Both the position numbers and the translations under genes were made by a program. Of a stretch of DNA of 25,524 nucleotides, positions 8,904 to 17,670 are shown piece by piece; position 1 is the first letter of the stretch; each line of letters starts with the position of its first letter. The notes below the pieces were generated by a model. The model worked only from the letters and a program-made list of their open reading frames with translations, did no database searches and had not been told where the DNA came from. The stretch covers positions 1 through 25,524 of the IMG/VR virus record IMGVR_UViG_3300014202_001186; one strand, given 5' to 3'. The DNA comes from a virus (Duplodnaviria; Caudoviricetes).

Positions 8904-9562
8904 GCTTCTCCAGCCTGCCGAACGCCTATCTCCAATGGGACGAGAGCGCCGAGCCACTGGCGACGTTCATCCGCTACAACGTCTACCGGCGGCGGGCGGC
9001 GGCGGCATGGACGCGCATCGCGGCGATCCCGGACCGGAGCATCACCTACTACAACGATTTCGCCGTGAAGAGCGGCCTCGCGTACGAGTACACGGTCACG
9101 GTGACAAAGGATCTGTCCGGGCAGGAGGTCGAGGGCGTGAAGGCGGCGGCGGTGAGCGTCACCGTGGCGTTCCTCTCCTCCTTCCTCCACGCGTGGCGGG
9201 CGCCCGCGTACTACGCGGAGCTGCTCGTTACCCCGCAGAGCATCACTCCGGAACAGGACATCGCGTTCGTTCAGCCGTGGAGCGCGCGGGCGCCGATTGG
9301 CCATGTCGGCCCGAAGCGGGCCAAGCGGCTCTCCCTCACGGCGGGCGATATGTACTGGGACGACGGGAGCGCGGCGGAGGTATGGGACGCGCTCGAAGCG
9401 ATGCAGGAGCGGCAGTTCACAGCGGGCGATGTGCTGCTCTACCGCGATGCGCGGGGGACGGCGATCACCTGCCAGGTTCGCAGCATGAACCGGGGCGATC
9501 AGCCCATCACGGCGAGCGTGCAGCTCGAGCTACAAGAAGTCCAGTTCACGGAGGAGGTCTGA
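8900..9562 (+). CDS. Minor tail protein: partial FN3 domain plus distal-tail (Dit)-like C-terminus (220 aa)
   Basis: GTGA overlap; LQWDES...YNVYRR...YNDFAVKSGLAYEYTVT FN3 pattern; VLLYRDARG and VQLELQEV C-terminus like siphoviral Dit proteins. Confidence 0.65.
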   Translation: MSFSSLPNAYLQWDESAEPLATFIRYNVYRRRAAAAWTRIAAIPDRSITYYNDFAVKSGLAYEYTVTVTKDLSGQEVEGVKAAAVSVTVAFLSSFLHAWRAPAYYAELLVTPQSITPEQDIAFVQPWSARAPIGHVGPKRAKRLSLTAGDMYWDDGSAAEVWDALEAMQERQFTAGDVLLYRDARGTAITCQVRSMNRGDQPITASVQLELQEVQFTEEV

Positions 9563-9563
9563 A

Positions 9564-11057
9564 ATGGTGACGACGCCGCTACCGGACAACATCATCGACG
9601 ACACGGATCAGCCGACGGCGCATCCGCTCTACCACAACACGATCGCGAAGCTGCTTGCGGGGCCGATCTGGAGGAACGTGCAGGGGCACGGCGCCGTGGG
9701 CGATGGCGTCACAGATGCGACGGCGGCAATCCAGGCGGCGATCGACCTGGGTGGGCATGTGCGCCTTCCCCCGGGCGTCTACCTCTGCGACGCGGCGAAA
9801 CTCGATCTCGATGTCGCGGACGTCTGTTTCGAGGGGGCGGGCGCCGGAGCGACGACGCTGAAAATCACGGGGGCGACGCAGGTCGGGCTCGACGTGGCGG
9901 CGGACCGGGTGAAGATACGGAACCTCACGCTGCTCCACGCGACGAGCACGGCGACGGCGGGCGCTGCCATCCGGCTCACGAGCAATGGCTACTGCGAGAT
10001 CGAGAACGTGACGCTCGCGGGCGGCTGGTTCCGGAACATCGAGGTGATCGACGGCTTCCAGGCGAACATCCGCGGGTGCTTCCTCTTCGACCACAAGAAT
10101 GCCGGTCTCTGGCACGGGCAGACGACAAACGGCGACCGCGGCGACACGATCATCGAGGGCTGCACGATCGACACGGGATCGGGCGGGGCCACCAACGGTG
10201 TCTTCTGGGAGAGCGGCGGCGGGCTGCGCGTCCTCGGCAATAAGATCCTCGGCCACGTGAACGGCGTGCTCGTGGATATCAAGCCCGCGATCACGACGCA
10301 GGGCGTCTATGTGCGCGGCAACAGCATCGAGAACTGCACCGGCTACGCGGTGCGGGCGAAGCGGGCGAGCGGCACGCCGACGCTGAACATGGTGGAGATC
10401 ACCGATAACCAGATCGATGTGAGCGGTGACGGTATCTCGCTGGAGTCCGCGGGCATCGGCCTGAGCACCGTCCACGGAAACAACATCCGGGTACCCAACA
10501 CGAAGACCGGCATCAACATCGGCGCGGCGGTGGTCAGCACGCAGGTGACGGGGAACCAGGTGAACGGCGCGCTGGTCGGGCTGGCGATCGCCGCCGACGC
10601 GCAGGTGGCGGCGCGTGGGAACCAGTTCTATAACTGCGCGACGCTCATCTCCAATCTCGCTGGGCTGGACATCGACACCGGGCCAGTCGAGCAGCTCTAC
10701 CAGTTCCATCTCCCGGCGAACACGAGCACAACGGTGTACGACGCGCTGATCCAGATCGACATGGACGACTACCGGACGGCGTTCGTCGAGTTCACGTTCG
10801 ACCTCATCCTCAACGGCGTGGGGCGCGCGAGCGCGGTCATCACCAAGCTGCTGAACAAGGACGCGGCGGGAGTGACGGTGACGGCCGTCGCGAGCGTCGT
10901 CGCGGGCAGCGTGTTCGATGTGCAGTTCGACACGACCACCGTCTCCGGCTCGGTCCAGGTCGGCGTGCGGCGGAACAGCGGCGCCGGGGGTACCAGCATC
11001 CTTGGCCAGGTGCACATGCGGGTGCTCGGCCATGTGAAGGCGGTCCAGGGCATCTGA
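9564..11057 (+). CDS. Tailspike/depolymerase with pectate-lyase-like right-handed beta-helix
   Basis: NVQGHGAVGDGVTDATAAIQAAID...VRLPPGVY signature followed by Asn-ladder repeats (GNKI, GNSI, DNQI, GNNI, GNQV, GNQF). Confidence 0.88.
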   Translation: MVTTPLPDNIIDDTDQPTAHPLYHNTIAKLLAGPIWRNVQGHGAVGDGVTDATAAIQAAIDLGGHVRLPPGVYLCDAAKLDLDVADVCFEGAGAGATTLKITGATQVGLDVAADRVKIRNLTLLHATSTATAGAAIRLTSNGYCEIENVTLAGGWFRNIEVIDGFQANIRGCFLFDHKNAGLWHGQTTNGDRGDTIIEGCTIDTGSGGATNGVFWESGGGLRVLGNKILGHVNGVLVDIKPAITTQGVYVRGNSIENCTGYAVRAKRASGTPTLNMVEITDNQIDVSGDGISLESAGIGLSTVHGNNIRVPNTKTGINIGAAVVSTQVTGNQVNGALVGLAIAADAQVAARGNQFYNCATLISNLAGLDIDTGPVEQLYQFHLPANTSTTVYDALIQIDMDDYRTAFVEFTFDLILNGVGRASAVITKLLNKDAAGVTVTAVASVVAGSVFDVQFDTTTVSGSVQVGVRRNSGAGGTSILGQVHMRVLGHVKAVQGI

Positions 11058-12805
11058 TGGCAAACCGCACCTTCGGCACGGGCAAGTTCGGATCCGGCAC
11101 CTTCGGTGGCGGTTCGCCCGGGGCTGGCGAGATCGAGTTCCGGTTGTCGGCGCCGGGTGCGGGCGCCGGAAACGCCGCAGCTTCGACCCCGGCGGGCTCG
11201 CTCGGCGGCTACGTGGCGACGAACCGGCTCGTGAACGACGTCGATGGGAACCTGTTCGCGCGCATCACCGAGGCGCAGGCGGCGGTCGGGCGGACGGTGT
11301 ATCGCTGCCTGTTCGTGTACAACGGGAGCGCGGACGGCTGGGTGCCGACGGCATGGATCGTGGCGCAGGGCGAGGGCGGTGCTCGCGTCGAGCTCGGGCT
11401 CGACGCGAGCACCGGCGAAAGCATCATCAACCACTCGGCCGCCCAGGCGATCATCATCGCCGACGAGCTGACGGCCCCGGCGGGCGTGGCGTTCTCGGCG
11501 CCGTACACGGCGGGGGCGGCGCTCGCGGTGGGCGGCATCGGATCAGGGAATGTGCGGCCGCTCTGGTTCAAGATGATCGTGCCGGCGGACCCCGAGGCGC
11601 GCGACCCCGACTGGGTGATCGTGCGGCTCGACGACGGCGCGGGCGTGGCGAGAGAGATCACCCTGCGCTGGGTAATCGAGCCGAGCCCGAACCGGATCAC
11701 GCTCGCGCTCACATCCTCACCGGTGAGCTACGCATTCCGGTACGAGAAGCGAAGCCGCGCGAACGGCTACCAGGCGGACATCTCGGGGGCGATCTCGGCC
11801 GGGTCGATCACGCTCGACAACGACCGCGACATCGTGCGGCTGGGCTCGTTCACGTTCGAAGCTGATCAGGTTGCCAGCGCCGGCAACCTGATCAGCTTCG
11901 ACCCGCTGAGCGACCACCTCGCGTGTTTCATGGATCTGCGCGTGGACGGGAGCTACGTGCAGGCGTTCCAGCTCGGGCTCTTCGCGATGAACCTCGCGCC
12001 CAAGCGGATGATCGACCCGGCGATGACGCTGGAGACCTGGGCGGCGGCGGACCTCGCGCTGCACCTCGTGGAGGCGACGACGACGGCGCCGTACACCGTC
12101 GCGGCGGGCGTGAACTACCTCACGGGTGCGGGCGCAGTGGCCGCCATTCTCGACGCTCACAGCCTCGCGCACGCGCTGCCGAGCACCGCGCTAACGCTGC
12201 CGATCGACATGACGTGGGGCGTCGGCGTGCCGTGGCTGCGCGTGGTCAACGACCTCCTGCGCGGCGCCGGGTTCTACCCGCTTTGGTTCGATGCGACCGG
12301 CGTCGGGCGGACGCGCGAGCTGGACGAGCTGAGCGAGCGCAGCCCGGACGTGGACTACACCGGCGAGGCGATGGTCCTGAGCGCGGACATCACCGAGGAG
12401 CGCGAGACGGCGCGGTTCGCGAACCAGATCGTGGCCGTGGTCGATGACCCGAGCCGGGGCGTGTTGGCGAGCGTGCGGACGAACGCGGACCCGGACTCGC
12501 CCACGAGCACGGTGCGGCTTGGGCGGACGATTACCCGCACCATCGCGGGCGACCGGGCGGCGGACCAGGCGACGCTCGATCTGCTCGCGACGCGGGAGCT
12601 GCAGCTGGCCGGTTCGCTCTACCGGAAAGCGACGATCACGACCTCGTTCGATCCGCGTCGGGAGGCGCGCGAGGTGTACTCGATCGAGGTGGAGGGCGCG
12701 TACGAGCGGGCGAACTGGTGGGTGCGGAACTGGAGCCTGCCGCTGGTTACCGGGGCGCAGATGAAGCACGCGATCGCGGAGACGCAGAAGGTGACGGCTT
12801 CATGA
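11057..12805 (+). CDS. Tail tip hub (Tal/gp37-like) protein with a fused N-terminal domain of about 200 aa
   Basis: TGATG overlap; C-terminal GSITLDNDRDIVR, WLRVVNDLL..AGFYPLWFDATG, NADPDSPTSTVRLGRTI motifs of siphoviral hub proteins. Confidence 0.75.
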   Translation: MANRTFGTGKFGSGTFGGGSPGAGEIEFRLSAPGAGAGNAAASTPAGSLGGYVATNRLVNDVDGNLFARITEAQAAVGRTVYRCLFVYNGSADGWVPTAWIVAQGEGGARVELGLDASTGESIINHSAAQAIIIADELTAPAGVAFSAPYTAGAALAVGGIGSGNVRPLWFKMIVPADPEARDPDWVIVRLDDGAGVAREITLRWVIEPSPNRITLALTSSPVSYAFRYEKRSRANGYQADISGAISAGSITLDNDRDIVRLGSFTFEADQVASAGNLISFDPLSDHLACFMDLRVDGSYVQAFQLGLFAMNLAPKRMIDPAMTLETWAAADLALHLVEATTTAPYTVAAGVNYLTGAGAVAAILDAHSLAHALPSTALTLPIDMTWGVGVPWLRVVNDLLRGAGFYPLWFDATGVGRTRELDELSERSPDVDYTGEAMVLSADITEERETARFANQIVAVVDDPSRGVLASVRTNADPDSPTSTVRLGRTITRTIAGDRAADQATLDLLATRELQLAGSLYRKATITTSFDPRREAREVYSIEVEGAYERANWWVRNWSLPLVTGAQMKHAIAETQKVTAS

Positions 12806-13041
12806 ACGTGATTGCGATGGCGCGGGAGGCGTTCGACGGGCTCTACCGGCAGCGGGTATTCCGGGCCGTCGTCACGGGAGTATCGGGTGAGCTCGTGGAG
12901 ATCCAGCGCACGGGGCAGGCGGCCCCGGACAGCCAGGCGTATCCGCGGCTGGCGAGCTACGTAACGCCCTCCGTGGGCGACGAGGTCATCGTTCAGCAGG
13001 TCGGCGACGGCTGGCTGATCACAGGAAAGGTCCTGCGGTAG
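12802..13041 (+). CDS. Small OB-fold tail tip protein (79 aa)
   Basis: ATGA overlap; FRAVVTGV...YPRLASYVTPSVGDEVIV...WLITGKV pattern of small OB-fold proteins following hubs. Confidence 0.7.
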   Translation: MNVIAMAREAFDGLYRQRVFRAVVTGVSGELVEIQRTGQAAPDSQAYPRLASYVTPSVGDEVIVQQVGDGWLITGKVLR

Positions 13042-13056
13042 CAGGGGGAGGAAATC

Positions 13057-13479
13057 ATGGCAACAAAGATTTCGAATGCAGCGGCGAAGGCGGCCGCGGA
13101 CGCGGTGGTGGACCTCATCGACGCGGGAGTCGCGGCGGGAAAGCTGCGCATCTACGATGGCGCGCAGCCGGCCGATCCGGATACGGCGGTGGGCGCGCAG
13201 GTGCTCCTGGCGGAACTGACGTTTGCTGACCCGGCCTTCGGGGCGGCGGCGGACGGGGCGCCGGGAGGCGTCGCAACGGCCAACGCCATCACAGCGGACG
13301 CCGCTGCGAACGCGACAGGCACAGCCTCATGGTTCCGGGTGGTGGACTCGGCCGGTAACGCCATCTTTGATGGGGCCGTGGGCACGAGCGGGGCGCAGCT
13401 CAACCTCGCGACGGTGAGCATCGTGCAAAACGTCGAGGTCCAGGTAACGAGCTTCACCTACACGCAGCCGGAGAGCTGA
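13057..13479 (+). CDS. Phage structural protein of the fibre module (140 aa)
   Basis: SD GGAGG; GKLRIYDGAQPADPDT...ANATGTASWFRVVD...FDGAVG pattern seen in phage minor structural proteins. Confidence 0.7.
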   Translation: MATKISNAAAKAAADAVVDLIDAGVAAGKLRIYDGAQPADPDTAVGAQVLLAELTFADPAFGAAADGAPGGVATANAITADAAANATGTASWFRVVDSAGNAIFDGAVGTSGAQLNLATVSIVQNVEVQVTSFTYTQPES

Positions 13480-13480
13480 T

Positions 13481-13867
13481 ATGGGCGAGATCGAGGAGAT
13501 GCTGGCCGGTGTGGGCGATCGGCGGGAGCGTGCCCGGATTAAGGCCGGGCAGCTCGCGAAGCTCGCGGGCGAGACGTTCGCCTTCGGGGCCTTCGCCATC
13601 TCCATCGTCGCCGGACCGCGTGCCGTGACCGTCAACGGGGAGCCCGTCCTTGAAGTCATGGTCACCGTCTCGCGCAATGCACGCGCCATCAAGGTTGATG
13701 GGCATCTCCGGTTCGTGAATCCGCCAGTACGGGTGTGGGATGGCACCTACAGCACTATTACCGATCCCGTCTCTGGCGAGCAGATCCGGCGCAAGAACTT
13801 CGTGGAGAACCCGCGCGCGGCACTGCGGCAGATGATCGGCGACGCAATCAAGGCACAGCTGCGATGA
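13481..13867 (+). CDS. Hypothetical phage protein (128 aa)
   Basis: Starts 1 nt after the previous stop and ends in an ATGA overlap with the next gene. Confidence 0.7.
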   Translation: MGEIEEMLAGVGDRRERARIKAGQLAKLAGETFAFGAFAISIVAGPRAVTVNGEPVLEVMVTVSRNARAIKVDGHLRFVNPPVRVWDGTYSTITDPVSGEQIRRKNFVENPRAALRQMIGDAIKAQLR

Positions 13868-15399
13868 CCATCACGACCGTCTACGCGGCTACCAGCGATG
13901 GCTACATTAACTCCAACTCCACGGGCTATACCGCCGCGCGGGATGGCACTGATAACCTGAGCGTGAATACTACCAGCACCATTCTTGCAGTAGGCCAGGG
14001 GCGCTCTGGATCAGTACGCAATGTGTGGCAGGCTGGCCTCGCGTTTGACACATCGGCAGTCGGCACCGATGAGATCTCAGCCTCCGTACTGTCTCTCGAC
14101 GGTGATACGAATAACAGCACCACAGATTTCACGATGCAGGCGCGCGGCGACGATTGGAATCCAACGTATACCACTGCAAAATGGCGTACAGGCGCAGATC
14201 TCAGCGCGCTAACGCTACTGGCGACCTTCCCATCGGCGTCCTATGCGGCCGGTTACATGGACTTCACGGAGAGTTCCGGCGCACTCTCGGCGTACATCAA
14301 CAAGACCGGTACCACGTACTTTATCCTCTGCTCCGATAGAAATGTCGGGACCGGCGTAGATCCTTCGGGTGCAGAGAATGTGTTTCTCACATCGGCGGAT
14401 GCGTCCGGGACGACGAGCGACCCGAAGCTAGCGATCACGCATGCGTCGTCGTCCATCACCGGCACGGGCGCTGCCGTAGCCCCGAAGGCCATCGCGGCAG
14501 CGGCTGGCACACTCCGGGACTCCGGCGCGGCGGCAGCGGCAGCTCCGTCCGCCACGGCCTCGGCATCCGGCGTGACCCGCGTTGGTGGCACCGGGGCTGC
14601 CAACGCGCCGGTTGCGACTGCGGCGGTTTCCGGGACGCTTCGCGACTCGGGCACCGGCGCGGCAGTCGCACCGGCGGGCATCGCATCCGCCGAGGGTAGA
14701 GTTCCGATCTCGGGCACCGCGGCTGCGCTCGCACCGGCCGCAGTGGCGTCGGCTTCCGGGACGGTCAGCCTCAGCGGTACGGCCTCGGCAACCGCACCGG
14801 CCGGAACGGCGTCCGCGACGGGAACGGCGCGAGTCACCGGCGCCGGGGCAGCGATCGCGCCGCTGGCGATCGTGTCGGGCAGCGGCCCGGGCTCTATCAC
14901 GGGCACGGGCGAAGCGGTCGCGCCATCGGCGACATCGGCGGGGACGGGCGCGCTCCGGGACTCGGGCAGCGGTTCGGCCACTGCCCCCGCCGCGATCGCC
15001 TCGGCATCGGGGCGGACGATCGTGGCCGGGAGCGGCTCGGCGATGGCCCCGGCGGGCACGGCCTCGGGCAGCGGCATGTTCCGGCTTCCGGGTGCAGCTA
15101 CCGCAGTCGCGCCGGGTGCGGTTGCTGCCGGGAGTGGAGTGCTGCGAATCACCGGTACGGGCGCAGCCGTGGCTCCTGCCGCCGTGGCCGTGGGCGCGGG
15201 TTCCACGCCAATGCTCCCGCCAATCTCGATCACCATCCTCGGCTCCTATCGCCCGGTCCTGGCCCTCGCGGCCAGCTCGCGGCCTGTGCTGGCGCTCGCG
15301 GGGAGTTTCGAGGCCGAGGTGACGCTCGCGGGGAGCAGCGAGGGCGTGTCGATACCGGGGAGCTATCGGCCGGAGATCAGGATCGGAGGGGACGGATGA
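13864..15399 (+). CDS. Fibre/adhesin-like protein: N-terminal DNRLRE/CBM-like globular domain plus Ala/Gly/Ser/Thr repeat stalk (511 aa)
   Basis: ATGA overlap; SDGYI...LAFDTSAV...ISASVLSL...SDPKLAITH domain pattern; twelve 21-aa repeats follow. Confidence 0.7.
   Translation: MTITTVYAATSDGYINSNSTGYTAARDGTDNLSVNTTSTILAVGQGRSGSVRNVWQAGLAFDTSAVGTDEISASVLSLDGDTNNSTTDFTMQARGDDWNPTYTTAKWRTGADLSALTLLATFPSASYAAGYMDFTESSGALSAYINKTGTTYFILCSDRNVGTGVDPSGAENVFLTSADASGTTSDPKLAITHASSSITGTGAAVAPKAIAAAAGTLRDSGAAAAAAPSATASASGVTRVGGTGAANAPVATAAVSGTLRDSGTGAAVAPAGIASAEGRVPISGTAAALAPAAVASASGTVSLSGTASATAPAGTASATGTARVTGAGAAIAPLAIVSGSGPGSITGTGEAVAPSATSAGTGALRDSGSGSATAPAAIASASGRTIVAGSGSAMAPAGTASGSGMFRLPGAATAVAPGAVAAGSGVLRITGTGAAVAPAAVAVGAGSTPMLPPISITILGSYRPVLALAASSRPVLALAGSFEAEVTLAGSSEGVSIPGSYRPEIRIGGDG
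14455..15210 (+). repeat. Twelve degenerate 63-bp (21-aa) coding repeats, consensus xxGTGAAxAPxAxAxxSGxxR
   Basis: The translation divides exactly into 12 units from ITGTGAAVAPKAIAAAAGTLR to ITGTGAAVAPAAVAVGAGSTP. Confidence 0.9.
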
Positions 15400-15767
15400 C
15401 AATCGAGACGAACATCCCGGCGCACACGATCGACGACGCCGGAAGGAAGCACGTGAACTTCCCGCGTGGGGCGCGGCGCGTTCTGACCATCCCCGTCGAG
15501 GACGAGCCGGGCGATCCGCAGGACATGACCGGCTGGGCGCTCGCCTTCCGGGTTCGCGACGGCGCTGATGCCGTGGTGATCGAGAAAGCGACGGGCGGGA
15601 GCGGGATCACGGTCGCGACCGGCACGGCCACGGTCGCGATTGAGCGGGCGGACACCCTGCCGCTGCAGCCCGGCCGATACAACTACGCCCTCTGGCGGAC
15701 GGATGGCGACAATGACGATGTGCTGGCCTTCGGCACGCTCGAAATCGTGCGCGTGGCCGCGCAGTAG
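15396..15767 (+). CDS. BppU-N-like beta-sandwich adaptor protein (123 aa)
   Basis: RGARRVLTIPV...PQDMTGW..F.VR...TVAIERADT..L.PGRYNYAL...GTLEI pattern; ATGA overlap; SD GGAGG. Confidence 0.65.
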   Translation: MTIETNIPAHTIDDAGRKHVNFPRGARRVLTIPVEDEPGDPQDMTGWALAFRVRDGADAVVIEKATGGSGITVATGTATVAIERADTLPLQPGRYNYALWRTDGDNDDVLAFGTLEIVRVAAQ

Positions 15768-15782
15768 GGAGGGAGGAGCGAT

Positions 15783-16211
15783 GTGGCGATTCCGATGGAA
15801 ATTCCAGTCCAGGTTGCAGCATCCGCGGTGGCAGTCGTGACGGCGGTTGTCGGCTACATGAAATTCCGCCACCTGTTCAGCGGGAACGTGAACTCCACGC
15901 CTGCGGCGGATCTATGGAAGCGGCTCTCCGATCTGCAGGACTACATGGGGAAGGAATTGGATAAGCGCGATCGCCGCATCGATGACCTCAGCATCAAGCT
16001 CAACGAAAAGGACGAGAAGATCTCGTACTTGACCGGGCTTCTGCGGGTGGAGGAGCGGGAAAAGAAGGAGCTCGAATTGGAGGTGAGCCTGCTCCAGGAA
16101 CAGGTCAGAGATCTGCGACGCCAAACGAGTGCGAATACCGCACGGATCGAGCAGGGAGCGTCGGCCGGGCAACCCCCTCCGCCCGCCGGCGCTTCCGGTG
16201 AAGGAGGGTAG
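15783..16211 (+). CDS. Membrane-anchored coiled-coil protein of the lysis region
   Basis: Strong SD (GGAGGAG); N-terminal hydrophobic helix VAASAVAVVTAVVGY followed by a long charged heptad region. Confidence 0.7.
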   Translation: MAIPMEIPVQVAASAVAVVTAVVGYMKFRHLFSGNVNSTPAADLWKRLSDLQDYMGKELDKRDRRIDDLSIKLNEKDEKISYLTGLLRVEEREKKELELEVSLLQEQVRDLRRQTSANTARIEQGASAGQPPPPAGASGEGG

Positions 16212-16215
16212 AGAG

Positions 16216-16347
16216 ATGGACCTGATCATCCAAGGCTTCGCGCTCGGACTCGGCGTGGGGCTCGGCATGGGGGTCCCCGTCAGCATCGCCCTGTGGCTCG
16301 CCAACCGGACGCCGGGCGAGATCGACATTTCGCGGTCCTTCGAATGA
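16216..16347 (+). CDS. 43-aa single-TM peptide
   Basis: SD AGGAGG; MDLIIQGFALGLGVGLGMGVPVSIALWL hydrophobic Gly-rich helix; ATGA overlap downstream. Confidence 0.6.
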   Translation: MDLIIQGFALGLGVGLGMGVPVSIALWLANRTPGEIDISRSFE

Positions 16348-16487
16348 GCGCGAAAGACGATGCGCTGACGTTCCTGGAGATGCTGATCGCGGGCGGCTGG
16401 GAAGTCACGGGCTTCGGCGGCACGAGCAGCGGGCCGCGGCGGCAGGAGTTTCGTATCAGCCTCGTGAAGGCGGAGGAGAAGCCATGA
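16344..16487 (+). CDS. 47-aa hypothetical protein
   Basis: ATGA overlaps at both ends (MSAKDDALTFLEMLIAGGWEV...). Confidence 0.55.
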   Translation: MSAKDDALTFLEMLIAGGWEVTGFGGTSSGPRRQEFRISLVKAEEKP

Positions 16488-17371
16488 GGGGCCTGGATTA
16501 TTCCTGGGCGCGGCCCACGGGTGCGACTATCCGCGAGGCCGGGTTCGAGTTCGTGATGCGATACATCCCGCGCCCCGGAACCGGCGCGCATGGCCTCGAC
16601 GCGGCCGAGCTCGCGGACCTGCGCGCGAACGGCCTCGCGGTCGGGCTCGTGTTCGAGAGCTGGGCGGAGCGCATCTTCGACGGCTATCCGGCGGGGGCGG
16701 CCGACGCGCAGGTGTCGCAAGCCGCGCTCACCAAGCTCGGTATGCCGCTGGACCTGCCGATCTACTTCGCCTGCGACGTGGATACGGAACCGGCGATGCT
16801 CGCGCTCGTGGACGACTACCTTCGTGGCTGCATCTCAGTACTCGGCCTCGCTCGCGTCGGCATCTACGGCGAGTACGACGTCATCGACCACTGCTACCGC
16901 TCGGGGAGCGCCGCCTGGTTCTGGCAAACGTACGGGTGGAGCCGGGGGCGCAAGCATCCCGAGCGCCACCTCTACCAGTACCTGAACGGGCAGACGCTGA
17001 ACGGCGGCGAGGTGGACTACAACGAGGCGTACGGCGAAGAGCAGGGGCTCTGGAAAGTGGAGGATGAAGTGAATCAAACGGATTTCGAGGACCTGGTGCT
17101 ATCGATCTACGCGGGGGCAGAGGAGCGCTACAGCGAAAACGATGGCGTAGAGCAGTCGCTGTGGGGGCAGACGAAGCCGCGCGCTGAACGGCTGGAAGTG
17201 GCGCTGTGGCGGATGCGTGACCGGGCGCAGGCGGCGCGAGACGAGGCGCAGAGCCTCGCGCAGGATGTGGATGAGGCGCAGCGGGGTTCCGCGGGTGGCG
17301 CTAACGGCATCCCGCCGCACAAGCACGAGATGACCATCGCAATCAGTTCGACCGGGGGAGTCATCAAATGA
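16484..17371 (+). CDS. Endolysin, DUF1906/Rv2525c-like (GH25-like) glycoside hydrolase
   Basis: GLDYS, FVMRY, GLVFE, PIYFACDVD, VGIYG, WFWQT..WS, LYQY and VDYN motifs; SD GGAGGAG; flanked by membrane proteins. Confidence 0.9.
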   Translation: MRGLDYSWARPTGATIREAGFEFVMRYIPRPGTGAHGLDAAELADLRANGLAVGLVFESWAERIFDGYPAGAADAQVSQAALTKLGMPLDLPIYFACDVDTEPAMLALVDDYLRGCISVLGLARVGIYGEYDVIDHCYRSGSAAWFWQTYGWSRGRKHPERHLYQYLNGQTLNGGEVDYNEAYGEEQGLWKVEDEVNQTDFEDLVLSIYAGAEERYSENDGVEQSLWGQTKPRAERLEVALWRMRDRAQAARDEAQSLAQDVDEAQRGSAGGANGIPPHKHEMTIAISSTGGVIK

Positions 17372-17670
17372 TCTGTCAGTTCCGAAACCACGTGCCGCAG
17401 AACGTGACGAATGCCGAAGGCGCCGGCGATATCCTCTGCCTCCGATGTGGGAAGCTCCAATCCCAGGGCTGGGGCAACGCCACGTACGACGGCTTCATTC
17501 GCGGCCTGCGCCTCGCCGCGCTCGCGGGCGGGACCACTCTCTTCACGAGCCTCACGGTGGCGGATATGAGCCTGCGCAGCGTCATCGCGCTGACTGGCGT
17601 GGCGGTGTTCACGGCGCTCGGCGGACGGACGTACGAGGGCGCGCGGGACGAGCGGAAGGCGGCCGGCTGA
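17368..17670 (+). CDS. Putative holin (two hydrophobic segments) with N-terminal C-x4-H...CxxC motif
   Basis: ATGA overlap with the endolysin; LAALAGGTTLFTSLTV and VIALTGVAVFTALGG segments, charged C-terminus. Confidence 0.55.
   Translation: MICQFRNHVPQNVTNAEGAGDILCLRCGKLQSQGWGNATYDGFIRGLRLAALAGGTTLFTSLTVADMSLRSVIALTGVAVFTALGGRTYEGARDERKAAG

Noticed and set aside
7137-11063. Long - strand ORFs (7137-8957, 9579-11063; similarly 1399-2721 and 4131-5393)
   Set aside because: Shadow frames of well-supported genes, expected in high-GC DNA, with no motifs.
9564-15399. Diversity-generating retroelement or invertible fibre cassette
   Set aside because: No reverse transcriptase or invertase, and I saw no template/variable repeat pair by eye; a self-alignment would confirm.
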